Assembly: GCA_964016885.1 (NCBI GenBank)
Contig: OZ024743.1
Span: forward strand, 142,290,001 to 142,354,000
DNA from: Eledone cirrhosa
Taxonomy: Eukaryota
DNA: 64,000 nt
Reading direction: 5' to 3'
Positions 29,801 through 45,030 of the stretch are shown here, piece after piece. The notes beneath the pieces are model-generated. The model searched no databases. It saw only the letters and a program-made list of their open reading frames with translations, and was not told where the DNA came from. The first letter of the stretch is position 1; each line of letters starts with the position of its first letter. The translations under genes and the position numbers were made by a program.

Positions 29801-32169
29801 CCAAGCACCAAGCACCAAGCACCAGGCACCAAGCACCAAGCACCAAACACAAAACACCAAGCACCAAGGACCAAGCAGCAAACACCAAGCATCAAACACC
29901 AAACACCAAACACCAAGCACCAAGCACCAAGCAGCAAACAGCAAGCATCAAACACCAAACACCAAACACCAAGCACCAAACACCAAGCACCAAACACCAA
30001 AAACCAAGCACCAAGCACCAAGCACCAAACACCAAATACCAAGCACCAAACACCAAACACCAAGCACCAAGCACCAAACACCAAACAACAAGCACCAGGC
30101 ACCAAGCAAAAAACGCCAAACACCAAGCACGCAGCATCAAACACCAAGCACCAAGCACCAAGCACCAAACACCAAGCACCATGCACCAAGCACCAAGTAC
30201 CAAACACCAAACACCAAGCACCAAACACCAAACACCAAGCACCAATCACCAAGCACGAAACACCAGGCACCAAGCACCAAGCACCAAACACCAAACACCA
30301 AGCACCAAACACCAGCCACCAAGCACCAAGCACCAAACACCAAACACCAAGCACCAAACAGCAAACACCAAACCCCAAGCACCATAGACCAAGCACCAAG
30401 CACCAAGGAACAAACACCAAGCACCAAGCACCAAGCACCAAACACCAAGCACCAAGCACCAAACACCCAGCACCAAGCACCAAGCATCAAACACCAAGCA
30501 CCAAGCACCAAACACCAAACACCAAACACCAAGCACCAAGCACTAAACAGCAAGCACCAAACACCAAACACCAAACAGCAAATGCCAAACACCAACCACC
30601 AAGCACCAAGCACCAAACACCAAGCACCAAGCACCAGACACAAAACATCAAACACCAAGCACCAAGCACCAAGCACCAAACACCAAGCACCAAACACCAA
30701 GCACCAAACACCAAGCACCAAACACCAAACCCTAAACACCAAGCACCAATCACCAAACACCAAGAACCAAGCACCAAACACCAAGTAGCAAGCACCAAGC
30801 ACCAGGCACCAAGCACCAAGCACCAAACACAAAACACCAAGCACCAAGCACCAAGCAGCAAACACCAAGCATCAAACACCAAACACCAAACACCAAGCAC
30901 CAAGCACCAAGCAGCAAACAGCAAGCATCAAACACCAAACACCAAACACCAAGCACCAAACACCAAGCACCAAGCACTAAACACCAAACACCAGCACCAA
31001 GCACCAAGCACCAAACACCAAACACCAAGCACCAGGCACCAAGCAAAAAACACCAAACAACAAGCACCAGGCACCAAGCAAAAAACACCAAACACCAAGC
31101 ACGCAGCATCAAACACCAAGCACCAAGCACCAAGCACCAAACACCAAGCACCAAACACCAAGCACCAAGTACCAAACACCAAGCACCAAACACGAAACAC
31201 CAAGCACCAATCACCAAGCACGAAACACCAGGCACCAAGCACCAAGCACCAAACACCAAACACCAAGCACCAAACACCAGCCACCAAGCACCAAGCACCA
31301 AACACCAAACACCAAGCACTAAGCACCAAACACCAAACAACAAGCACCAGGCACCAAGCACCAAACACCAAACATCAAGCACGCATCACCAAACACCAAG
31401 CACCAAGCACCAAGCACCAAAAACCAAGCACCAAGCACCAAGCACCAAACACCAAACACCAAACACCAAGCACCAAGAACCAAACACCAAACACCAAACA
31501 GCAAGCACCAAGCACCAAACACCAAGCACCAAACACCAAACCCCAAGCACCAATCACCAAACACTAATCACCAAGGACCAAGCACCAAACACCGAGCACC
31601 AAACACCAAGCACCAAGCACCAAACACCAAACCCCAAGCACCATAGACCAAGCACCAAGCACCAAGGAACAAACACCAAGCACCAAGCACCAAGCACCAA
31701 ACACCAAGCACCAAGCACCAAACACCCAGCACCAAGCACCAAACACCAAACACCAAGCACCAAGCACCAAGCACAAAACACCAAACACCAAGCACCAAAC
31801 ACCAAACACCAAGCACCAAGCACCAAACACCAAACAACAAGCACCAGGCACCAAGCAAAAAACACCAAACACCAAGCACGCAGCATCAAACACCAAGCAC
31901 CAAGCACCAAGTACCAAACACCAAGCACCAAACACCAAACACCAAGCACCAATCACCAAGCACGAAACACCAGGCACAAAGCACCAAGCACCAAACACCA
32001 AACACCAAGCACCAAACACCAGCCACCAAGCACCAAGCACCAAACACCAAACACCAAGCACTAAGCACCAAACCCCAAGCACCAAGCACCAAACACCAAA
32101 CCCCAAGCACCATAGACCAAGCACCAAGCACCAAGGAACAAACACCAAGCACCAAGCACCAAGCACCAA

Positions 32170-34010
32170 ACACCAAGCACCAAGCACCAAACACCCAGCA
32201 CCAAGCACCAAGCACCAAGCATCAAACACCAAGCACCAAGCACCAAACACCAAACACCAAACACCAAGCACCAAGCACTAAACAGCAAGCACCAAACACC
32301 CAACACCAAACAGCAAACACCAAACAGCAAACACCAAACACCAAACAGAAAACACCAAGCACCAAGCACCAAGCACCAAACACCAAGCACCAAGCACCAA
32401 GCACAAAACACCAAACACCAAGCACCAAGCACCAAGCACCAAGCACCAAACACCAAGCACCAAACACCAAGCACCAAACACCAAGCACCAAACACCAAAC
32501 ACTAAACACCAAGCACCAAGCACCAAACACCAAGCACCAAACACCAAGCACCAAACACCAAGTCCCACGCACCAAGCAATAAAACACCAAGCACCAAGCC
32601 CCAAACACCAAACACCAAGCACCAAGCACCAAGCCCCTAGCACCAAACACCAAACACCAAGCACCAAGCACAAAACACCAAGCACCAATCACCAAGCACC
32701 AAACACCAAGCAGCAAGCAGCAAGCACCAAACACCAAACACCAAGCACCAAGCACCAAATACCAAACACCAAGCACCAAGCACCAAGCACCAAACACCAA
32801 GCACCAATCACCAAACACCAAGCACCAAGCACCAAACACCAAGCACCAGGCACCAAGCACCAAACACCAAGCACCAAGCACCAAACACCAAGCACCAAGA
32901 CCGAAGCACCAAACACCAAGCACCAAGCACAAAGCACCAAGCACCAAGCACCAAAAACCAAACACCAAGCACCAAGTACCAAACACCAAGCACCAAGCAC
33001 CAAACACCAAGCACCAAGAACCAATCACCAAACACCAAGAACCAAGCACCAAACACAAAGCACCAAGCACCAAGAACCAGGCACCAAGCACCAAGCACCA
33101 AACACCCAGCACCAAGCACCAAGCACCAAGCATCAAACACCAAGCACCAAGCACCAAACACCAAACACCAAACACCAAGCACCAAGCACTAAACAGCAAG
33201 CACCAAACACCCAACACCAAACAGCAAACACCAAACAGCAAACACCAAACACCAAACAGAAAACACCAAGCACCAAGCACCAAGCACCAAACACCAAGCA
33301 CCAAGCACCAAGCACAAAACACCAAACACCAAGCACCAAGCACCAAGCACCAAGCACCAAACACCAAGCACCAAACACCAAGCACCAAACACCAAGCACC
33401 AAACACCAAACACTAAACACCAAGCACCAAGCACCAAACACCAAGCACCAAACACCAAGCACCAAACACCAAGTCCCACGCACCAAGCAATAAAACACCA
33501 AGCACCAAGCCCCAAACACCAAACACCAAGCACCAAGCACCAAGCCCCTAGCACCAAACACCAAACACCAAGCACCAAGCACAAAACACCAAGCACCAAT
33601 CACCAAGCACCAAACACCAAGCAGCAAGCAGCAAGCACCAAACACCAAACACCAAGCACCAAGCACCAAATACCAAACACCAAGCACCAAGCACCAAGCA
33701 CCAAACACCAAGCACCAATCACCAAACACCAAGCACCAAGCACCAAACACCAAGCACCAGGCACCAAGCACCAAACACCAAGCACCAAGCACCAAACACC
33801 AAGCACCAAGACCGAAGCACCAAACACCAAGCACCAAGCACAAAGCACCAAGCACCAAGCACCAAAAACCAAACACCAAGCACCAAGTACCAAACACCAA
33901 GCACCAAGCACCAAACACCAAGCACCAAGAACCAATCACCAAACACCAAGAACCAAGCACCAAACACAAAGCACCAAGCACCAAGCACCAGGCACCAAGC
34001 ACCAAGCACC
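32170..34010. repeat. Tandem duplication, period 911 bp (130 monomers, one of them an 8-bp unit)
   Basis: ORFs 32278..32688 / 33189..33599 and 32689..33024 / 33600..33935 are identical; cacccag at 32192 and 33103; the 8-bp unit caataaaa occurs in both copies. Confidence 0.92.
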
Positions 34011-35524
34011 AAACACAAAACACCAAGCACCAAGCAGCAGACACCAAGCATCAAACACCAAACACCAAACACCAAGCACCAAACACCAAGCACTAAGCAC
34101 CAAACACCAAACACCAAGCACCAAGCACCAAGCACCAAACACCAAACACCAAGCACCAAACACCAGATACCAAGCACCAAGCACCAAACACCAAACTCCA
34201 AGCACCAAGCACCAAACACCAAACAACAAGCACCAGGCACCAAGCACCAAACACCAAACACCAAGCACCAAGCACCAAACACCAAACACCAAGCACGCAG
34301 CATCAAACACCAAGCACCAAGCACCAAGCACCAAACACCAAGCACCAAGCACCAAACACCAACCACCAAACACAAAGCACCAAGCACCAAACACCAAGCA
34401 CCAAGCACCAAACACCAACCACCAAGCACCAAACACCAAACCCCAAGCACCAAGCACCAAACACTAATCACCAAGCACCAAGCACCAAGCACCAAACACC
34501 AAGCACCAAGCACCAAGCACCAAACACCAAGCACCAAGCACCAAACACCAAACACCAAGATCCAAAGACCAAGCTACAAGCCCCAAGCACCAAGCACCAA
34601 AAAATAAGCACCAAGCACCAAACACCAAGCACCAAGCACCAAACACCAACCACCCAGCACCAAGCACCAAGCACCAAACACCAAGCACCAAACACCAAAC
34701 ACCAAGCACCAAGCACCAAGCGCCAAGCACCAAACACCAAGCACCAAGCACTAAGCACCAAACACCAAGACCCAAGCAGCAAGCACCAAACACCAAACAC
34801 CAAGCACCAAGCACCAAACACTAAGCACCAAGCACCAAGCACCTAGCACCAAACACCAAACACCAAGCACCAAGCACCAAACACCAAGCACCAATCACCA
34901 AGCACCAAACACCAAGCAGCAAGCAGCAAGCACCAAACACCAAATACCAAGCACCAAGCACCAAACACCAAGCACCAAGGACCAAACATCAAACACCAAG
35001 CACCAAGCACCAAACACCTAACACCAAGCACCAAGCACCAAGCACCAAGCACCAAGCACCGAACACCAAGCACCAAACACCAAGCACCAAGCACCAAGCA
35101 CCAAGCACCAAGCACCAAACACCAAGCACCAAGCATCAAGCACCAAACAATAAGAACCAAGCACCAAGCACCAAACACCAAGCACCAAGCACCAAACACC
35201 AACCACCCAGCACCAAGCACCAAGCACCAAACACCAAGCACCAAACACCAAACACCAAACACCAAGCACCAAGCACCAAGCACCAAACAGCAAGCACCAA
35301 GCACCAAGCACCTAGCACCAAACACCAAACAGCAAGCACCAAGCACCAAACACCAAGCACCAAACACCAAACCCCAAGCACCAATCACCAAACACTAATC
35401 ACCAAGGACCAAGCACCAAACACCGAGCACCAAACACCAAGCACCAAGCACCAAACATCAAACCCCAAGCACCATAGACCAAGCACCAAGCACCAAGGAA
35501 CAAACACCAAGCACCAAGCACCAA

Positions 35525-38500
35525 GCACCAAACACCAAGCACCAAGCACCAAACACCCAGCACCAAGCACCAAACACCAAACACCAAGCACCAAGCACCA
35601 AGCACCAAACACCAAACACCAAGCACCAAACACCAAACACCAAGCACCAAGCACCAAACACCAAACAACAAGCACCAGGCACCAAGCAAAAAACACCAAC
35701 GACCAAGCACGCAGCATCAAACACCAAGCACCAAGCACCAAGCACCAAACACCAAGCACCAAGCACCAAGCACCAAGTACCAAACACCAAGCACCAAACA
35801 CCAAACACCAAGCACCAATCACCAAGCACGAAACACCAGGCACAAAGCACCAAGCACCAAACACCAAACACCAAGCACCAAACACCAGCCACCAAGCACC
35901 AAGCACCAAACACCAAACACCAAGCACTAAGCACCAAACACCAAACAACAAGCACCAGGCACCAAGCACCAAACACCAAACACCAAGCACGCATCACCAA
36001 ACACCAAGCACCAAGCACCAAGCACCAAAAACCAAGCACCAAGCACCAAGCACCAAACACCAAACACCAAACACCAAGCACCAAGAACCAAACACCAAAC
36101 ACCAAACAGCAAGCACCAAGCACCAAACACCAAGCACCAAACACCAAACCCCAAGCACCAATCACCAAACACTAATCACCAAGCACCAAGCACCAAACAC
36201 CAAGCACCAAGCACCAAACACCAAACCCCAAGCACCATAGACCAAGCACCAAGCACCAAGGAACAAACACCAAGCACCAAGCACCAAGCACCAAACACCA
36301 AGCACCAAGCACCAAACACCCAGCACCAAGCACCAAGCATCAAACACCAAGCACCAAGCACCAAACACCAAACACCAAACACCAAGCACCAAGCACTAAA
36401 CAGCAAGCACCAAACACCAAACACCAAACAGCAAACACCAAACAGCAAACACCAAACACCAAACAGAAAACAGCAAACGGCAAACACCAAGCACCAAGCA
36501 CCAAGCACCAAACACCAAGCACCAAGCACCAAGCACAAAACACCAAACACCAAGCACCAAGCACCAAGCACCAAGCACCAAACACCAATCACCAAACACC
36601 AAGCACCAAACACCAAGCACCAAACACCAAACACTAAACACCAAGCACCAAGCACCAAACACCAAGCTCCAAACACCAAGCACCAAACACCAAGTCCCAC
36701 GCACCAAGCAATAAAACACCAAGCACCAAGCCCCAAACACCAAACACCAAGCACCAAGCACCAAGCCACTAGCACCAAACACCAAACACCAAGCACCAAG
36801 CACAAAACACCAAGCACCAATCACCAAGCACCAAACACCAAGCAGCAAGCAGCAAGCACCAAACACCAAACACCAAGCACCAAGCACCAAATACCAAACA
36901 CCAAGCACCAAGCACCAAGCACCAAACACCAAGCACCAATCACCAAACACCAAGCACCAAGCACCAAACACCAAGCACCAGGCACCAAGCACCAAACACC
37001 AAGCACCAAGCACCAAACACCAAGCACCAAGACCGAAGCACCAAACACCAAGCACCAAGCACAAAGCACCAAGCACCAAGCACCAAAAACCAAACACCAA
37101 GCACCAAGTACCAAACAACAAGCACCAAGCACCAAACACCAAGCACCAAGAACCAATCACCAAACACCAAGAACCAAGCACTAAACACCAAGCACCAAGC
37201 ACCAAGCACCAGGCACCAAGCACCAAGCACCAAACACAAAACACCAAGCACCAAGCACCAAGCAGCAGACACCAAGCATCAAACACCAAACACCAAACAC
37301 CAAGCACCAAACACCAAGCACTAAGCACCAAACACCAAACACCAAGCACCAAGCACCAAGGACCAAACACCAAACACCAAGCACCAAACACCAGATACCA
37401 AGCACCAAGCACCAAACACCAAACTCCAAGCACCAAGCACCAAACACCAAACAACAAGCACCAGGCACCAAGCACCAAACACCAAACACCAAACACCAAG
37501 CACCAAGCACCAATCACCAAACACCAAGCACGCAGCATCAAACACCAAGCACCAAGCACCAAGCACCAAACACCAAGCACCAAGCACCAAACACCAACCA
37601 CCAAACACAAAGCACCAAGCACCAAACACCAAGCACCAAGCACCAAACACCAAGCACCAAGCACCAAACACCAAACCCCAAGCACCAAGCACCAAACACT
37701 AATCACCAAGCACCAAGCACCAAGCACCAAACACCAAGCACCAAGCACCAAGCACCAAACACCAAGCACCAAGCACCAAACACCAAACACCAAGATCCAA
37801 AGACCAAGCTACAAGCCCCAAGCACCAAGCACCGAAAAATAAGCACCAAGCACCAAACACCAAGCACCAAGCACCAAACACCAACCACCCAGCACCAAGC
37901 ACCAAGCACCAAACACCAAGCACCAAACAGCAAACACCAAGCACCAAGCACCAAGCGCCAAGCACCAAACACCAAGCACCAAGCACTAAGCACCAAACAC
38001 CAAGCCCCAAGCAGCAAGCACCAAACACCAAACACCAAGCACCAAGCACCAAACACTAAGCACCAAGCACCAAGCACCTAGCACCAAACACCAAACACCA
38101 AGCACCAAGCACCAAACACCAAGCACCAATCACCAAGCACCAAACACCAAGCAGCAAGCAGCAAACACCAAACACCAAATACCAAGCACCAAGCACCAAA
38201 CACCAAGCACCAAGGACCAAACATCAAACACCAAGCACCAAGCACCAAACACCTAACACCAAGCACCAAGCACCAAGCACCAAGCACCGAACACCAAGCA
38301 CCAAACACCAAGCACCAAACACCAAGCACCAAGCACCAAGCACCAAACACCAAGCACCAAGCACCAAGCACCAAACACTAAGAACCAAGCACCAAGCACC
38401 AAACACCAAGCACCAAGCACCAAACACCAACCACCCAGCACCAAGCACCAAGCACCAAACACCAAGCACCAAACACCAAACACCAAACACCAAGCACCAA

Positions 38501-41500
38501 GCACCAAGCACCAAACACCAAGCACCAAGCACTAAGCACCAAACACCAAGCCCCAAGCACCAAGTACCAAACACCAAACACCAAGCACCAAGCACCAATC
38601 ACCAAGCACCAAGAACCAAGCACCTAGCACCAAACACCAAACACCAAGCACCAAGCACCAAACACCAAGCACCAATCACCAAGCACCAAACACCAAGCAG
38701 CAAGCAGCAAGCACCAAACACCAAACACCAAGCACCAAGCACCAAACACCAAGCACCAAGGACCAAACATCAAACACCAAGCACCAAGCACCAAACACAT
38801 AACACCAAGCACCAAGCACCAAGCACCAAGCACCGATCACCAAGCACATAACACCAAGCACCAAACACCAAGCACCAAGCACCAAACACCCAGCACCAAG
38901 CACCAAACACCAAACACCAAGCACCAAGCACCAAGCACCAAACACCAAACACCAAGCACCAAACACCAAACACCAAGCACCAAGCACCAAACACCAAACA
39001 ACAAGCACCAGGCACCAAGCAAAAAACACCAACGACCAAGCACGCAGCATCAAACACCAAGCACCAAGCACCAAGCACCAAACACCAAGCACCAAGCACC
39101 AAGCACCAAGTACCAAACACCAAGCACCAAACACCAAACACCAAGCACCAATCACCAAGCACGAAACACCAGGCACAAAGCACCAAGCACCAAACACCAA
39201 ACACCAAGCACCAAACACCAGCCACCAAGCACCAAGCACCAAACACCAAACACCAAGCACTAAGCACCAAACACCAAACAACAAGCACCAGGCACCAAGC
39301 ACCAAACACCAAACACCAAGCACGCATCACCAAACACCAAGCACCAAGCACCAAGCACCAAAAACCAAGCACCAAGCACCAAGCACCAAACACCAAACAC
39401 CAAACACCAAGCACCAAGAACCAAACACCAAACACCAAACAGCAAGCACCAAGCACCAAACACCAAGCACCAAACACCAAACCCCAAGCACCAATCACCA
39501 AACACTAATCACCAAGCACCAAGCACCAAACACCAAGCACCAAGCACCAAACACCAAACCCCAAGCACCATAGACCAAGCACCAAGCACCAAGGAACAAA
39601 CACCAAGCACCAAGCACCAAGCACCAAACACCAAGCACCAAGCACCAAACACCCAGCACCAAGCACCAAGCATCAAACACCAAGCACCAAGCACCAAACA
39701 CCAAACACCAAACACCAAGCACCAAGCACTAAACAGCAAGCACCAAACACCAAACACCAAACAGCAAACACCAAACAGCAAACACCAAACACCAAACAGA
39801 AAACAGCAAACGGCAAACACCAAGCACCAAGCACCAAGCACCAAACACCAAGCACCAAGCACCAAGCACAAAACACCAAACACCAAGCACCAAGCACCAA
39901 GCACCAAGCACCAAACACCAATCACCAAACACCAAGCACCAAACACCAAGCACCAAACACCAAACACTAAACACCAAGCACCAAGCACCAAACACCAAGC
40001 TCCAAACACCAAGCACCAAACACCAAGTCCCACGCACCAAGCAATAAAACACCAAGCACCAAGCCCCAAACACCAAACACCAAGCACCAAGCACCAAGCC
40101 ACTAGCACCAAACACCAAACACCAAGCACCAAGCACAAAACACCAAGCACCAATCACCAAGCACCAAACACCAAGCAGCAAGCAGCAAGCACCAAACACC
40201 AAACACCAAGCACCAAGCACCAAATACCAAACACCAAGCACCAAGCACCAAGCACCAAACACCAAGCACCAATCACCAAACACCAAGCACCAAGCACCAA
40301 ACACCAAGCACCAGGCACCAAGCACCAAACACCAAGCACCAAGCACCAAACACCAAGCACCAAGACCGAAGCACCAAACACCAAGCACCAAGCACAAAGC
40401 ACCAAGCACCAAGCACCAAAAACCAAACACCAAGCACCAAGTACCAAACAACAAGCACCAAGCACCAAACACCAAGCACCAAGAACCAATCACCAAACAC
40501 CAAGAACCAAGCACTAAACACCAAGCACCAAGCACCAAGCACCAGGCACCAAGCACCAAGCACCAAACACAAAACACCAAGCACCAAGCACCAAGCAGCA
40601 GACACCAAGCATCAAACACCAAACACCAAACACCAAGCACCAAACACCAAGCACTAAGCACCAAACACCAAACACCAAGCACCAAGCACCAAGGACCAAA
40701 CACCAAACACCAAGCACCAAACACCAGATACCAAGCACCAAGCACCAAACACCAAACTCCAAGCACCAAGCACCAAACACCAAACAACAAGCACCAGGCA
40801 CCAAGCACCAAACACCAAACACCAAACACCAAGCACCAAGCACCAATCACCAAACACCAAGCACGCAGCATCAAACACCAAGCACCAAGCACCAAGCACC
40901 AAACACCAAGCACCAAGCACCAAACACCAACCACCAAACACAAAGCACCAAGCACCAAACACCAAGCACCAAGCACCAAACACCAAGCACCAAGCACCAA
41001 ACACCAAACCCCAAGCACCAAGCACCAAACACTAATCACCAAGCACCAAGCACCAAGCACCAAACACCAAGCACCAAGCACCAAGCACCAAACACCAAGC
41101 ACCAAGCACCAAACACCAAACACCAAGATCCAAAGACCAAGCTACAAGCCCCAAGCACCAAGCACCGAAAAATAAGCACCAAGCACCAAACACCAAGCAC
41201 CAAGCACCAAACACCAACCACCCAGCACCAAGCACCAAGCACCAAACACCAAGCACCAAACAGCAAACACCAAGCACCAAGCACCAAGCGCCAAGCACCA
41301 AACACCAAGCACCAAGCACTAAGCACCAAACACCAAGCCCCAAGCAGCAAGCACCAAACACCAAACACCAAGCACCAAGCACCAAACACTAAGCACCAAG
41401 CACCAAGCACCTAGCACCAAACACCAAACACCAAGCACCAAGCACCAAACACCAAGCACCAATCACCAAGCACCAAACACCAAGCAGCAAGCAGCAAACA

Positions 41501-42220
41501 CCAAACACCAAATACCAAGCACCAAGCACCAAACACCAAGCACCAAGGACCAAACATCAAACACCAAGCACCAAGCACCAAACACCTAACACCAAGCACC
41601 AAGCACCAAGCACCAAGCACCGAACACCAAGCACCAAACACCAAGCACCAAACACCAAGCACCAAGCACCAAGCACCAAACACCAAGCACCAAGCACCAA
41701 GCACCAAACACTAAGAACCAAGCACCAAGCACCAAACACCAAGCACCAAGCACCAAACACCAACCACCCAGCACCAAGCACCAAGCACCAAACACCAAGC
41801 ACCAAACACCAAACACCAAACACCAAGCACCAAGCACCAAGCACCAAACACCAAGCACCAAGCACTAAGCACCAAACACCAAGCCCCAAGCACCAAGTAC
41901 CAAACACCAAACACCAAGCACCAAGCACCAATCACCAAGCACCAAGAACCAAGCACCTAGCACCAAACACCAAACACCAAGCACCAAGCACCAAACACCA
42001 AGCACCAATCACCAAGCACCAAACACCAAGCAGCAAGCAGCAAGCACCAAACACCAAACACCAAGCACCAAGCACCAAACACCAAGCACCAAGGACCAAA
42101 CATCAAACACCAAGCACCAAGCACCAAACACATAACACCAAGCACCAAGCACCAAGCACCAAGCACCGATCACCAAGCACATAACACCAAGCACCAAACA
42201 CCAAGCACCAAGCACCAAAC
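35525..42220. repeat. Tandem duplication, period 3333 bp (junction ~38852-38886), apparently identical copies
   Basis: ORFs 36396..37793 / 39729..41126 (465 aa), 35927/39260 and 38624/41957 are all identical at offset 3333; cacccag at 35554/38887; cacataa at 38845/42178. Confidence 0.93.
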
Positions 42221-43899
42221 ACCAAGCACCAAACACCAAGCACCAAGCACCAAGCACCAAACACCAAGCACCAGGCACCAAGCACCAAACACCAAGCACC
42301 ATGCACCAAGCACCAAGCCCCAAACACTTAACACCAAGCACCAAGCACCAAGCACCAAACACCAATCACCAAACACCAAACTCCAAGCACCAAGCACCAA
42401 ACACCAAACAACAAGCACCAAACACCAAACACCAAGCACCAAGCACCAAACACCAAACACAAAGCACGCAGCATCAAACACCAAGCACCAAGCACCAAGC
42501 ACCAAACACCAAGCACCAAGCACCAAACACCAACCACCAAACACAAAGCACCAAGCACCAAACACCAAGCACCAAGCACCAAACACCAAGCACCAAGCAC
42601 CAAACACCAAACCCCCAAGCACCAAGCACCAAACACTAATCACCAAGCACCAAGCACCAAGCACCAAACACCAATCACCAAGCACCAAGCACCAAACACC
42701 AAGCACCAAGCACCAAACACCAAACACCAAGATCCAAAGACCAAGCACCAAGCCCCAAGCACCAAGCACCAAAAAATAAGCACGAAGCACCAAACACCAA
42801 GCACCAAGCACCAAACACCAACCACCCAGCACCAAGCACCAAGCACCAAACACCAAGCACCAAACACCAATCACCAAGCACCAAGCACCAAGCGCCAAGC
42901 ACCAAACACCAAGCACCAAGCACTAAGCACCAAACACCAAGCCCCAAGCAGCAAGCACCAAACACCAAACACCAAGCACCAAGCACCAAACACCAAGCAC
43001 CAAGCACCAAGCACCTAGCACCAAACACCAAACACCAAGCACCAAGCACCAAACACCAAGCACCAATCACCAAGCACCAAACACCAAGCAGCAAGCAGCA
43101 AGCACCAAACACCAAACACCAAGCACCAAACACCAAACACCAAGCACCAAGCACCAAACATCAAACACCAAGCACCAAGCACCAAACACCTAACACCAAG
43201 CACCAAGAACCAAGCACCAAGCACCAAGCACCGAACACCAAGCACCAAACACCAAGCACCAAACACCAAGCACCAAGCACCAAACACCAAGCACCAAACA
43301 CCAAGCACCAAGCACCAAGAACCAAACACCAAGCACCAAGCACCAAGCACCAAACAATAAGAACCAAGCACCAAGCACCAAACACCAAGCACCAAGCACC
43401 AAACACCAACCACCCAGCACCAAGCACCAAGCACCAAACACCAAGCACCAAACACCAAACACCAAACACCAAGCAGCAAGCACCAAGCACCAAACACCAA
43501 GCACCAAGCACTAAGCACCAAACACCATGCCCCAAGCACCAAGTACCAAACACCAAACACCAAGCACCAAGCACCAAACACCAAGCACCAAGCACCAAGC
43601 ACCTAGCACCAAACACCAAACACCAAGCACCAAGCACCAAACACCAAGCACCAATCACCAAGCACCAAACACCAAGCAGCAAGCAGCAAGCACCAAACAC
43701 CAAACACCAAGCACCAAGCACCAAACACCAAGCACCAAGGACCAAACATCAAACACCAAGCACCAAGCACCAAACACATAACACCAAGCACCAAGCACCA
43801 AGCACCAAGCACCGAACACCAAGCACATAACACCAAGCACCAAACACCAAGCACCAAGCACCAAACACCAAGCACCAAACACCAAGCACCAAGCACCAA

Positions 43900-45030
43900 G
43901 CACCAAACACCAAGCACCAGGCACCAAGCACCAAGCCCCAAACACTTAACACCAAGCACCAAGCACCAAGCACCAAACACCAATCACCAAAAACCAAACA
44001 CCAAGCACCAAGTACCAAACACCAAGCACCAAGCACCAAACACCAAGCAGCAAGCACCAATCACCAAACACCAAGAACCAAGCACCAAACACCAAGCACC
44101 AAGCACCAAGCACCAGGCACCGAGCACCAAGCACCAAACACAAAACACCAAGCACCAAGCACCAAGCAGCAAACACCAAGCATCAAACACCAAACACCAA
44201 ACACCAAGCACCAAGCACCAAGCAGCAAACAGCAAGCATCAAACACCAAACACCAAACACCAAGCACCAAACACCAAGCACCAAGCACCAAACACCAAAC
44301 ACCAAGCACCAAGCACCAAGCACCAAACACCAAACACCAAGCACCAAACACCAAACACCAAGCACCAAGCACCAAACACCAAACAACAAGCACCAAGCAC
44401 CAAGCAAAAAACACCAAACACCAAGCACGCAGCATCAAACACCAAGCACCAAGCACCAAGCACCAAACACCAAGCACCAGGCACCAAGCACCAAGCCCCA
44501 AACACTTAACACCAAGCACCAAGCACCAAACACCAATCACCAAAAACCAAACACCAAGCACCAAGTACCAAACACCAAGCACCAAGCACCAAACACCAAG
44601 CAGCAAGCACTAATCACCAAACACCAAGAACCAAGCACCAAACACCAAGCACCAAGCACCAAGCACCAGGCACCAAGCACCAAGCACCAAACACAAAACA
44701 CCAAGCACCAAGCACCAAGCAGCAAACACCAAGCATCAAACACCAAACACCAAACACCAAGCACCAAGCACCAAGCAGCAAACAGCAAGCATCAAACACC
44801 AAACACCAAACACCAAGCACCAAACAACAAGCACCAAGCACCAAACACCAAACACCAAGCACCAAGCACCAAGCACCAAACACCAAACACCAAGCACCAA
44901 ACACCAAACACCAAGCACCAAGCACCAAACACCAAACAACAAGCACCAAGCACCAAGCAAAAAACACCAAACACCAAGCACGCAGCATCAAACACCAAGC
45001 ACCAAGCACCAAGCACCAAACACCAAGCAC
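43900..45030. repeat. Tandem duplication, period 553-560 bp (79-80 monomers)
   Basis: gcaccaagcaccaagccccaaacacttaac at 43921 and 44481 (560); ORFs 43984/44537 and 44183/44736 at offset 553 with single differences. Confidence 0.85.
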
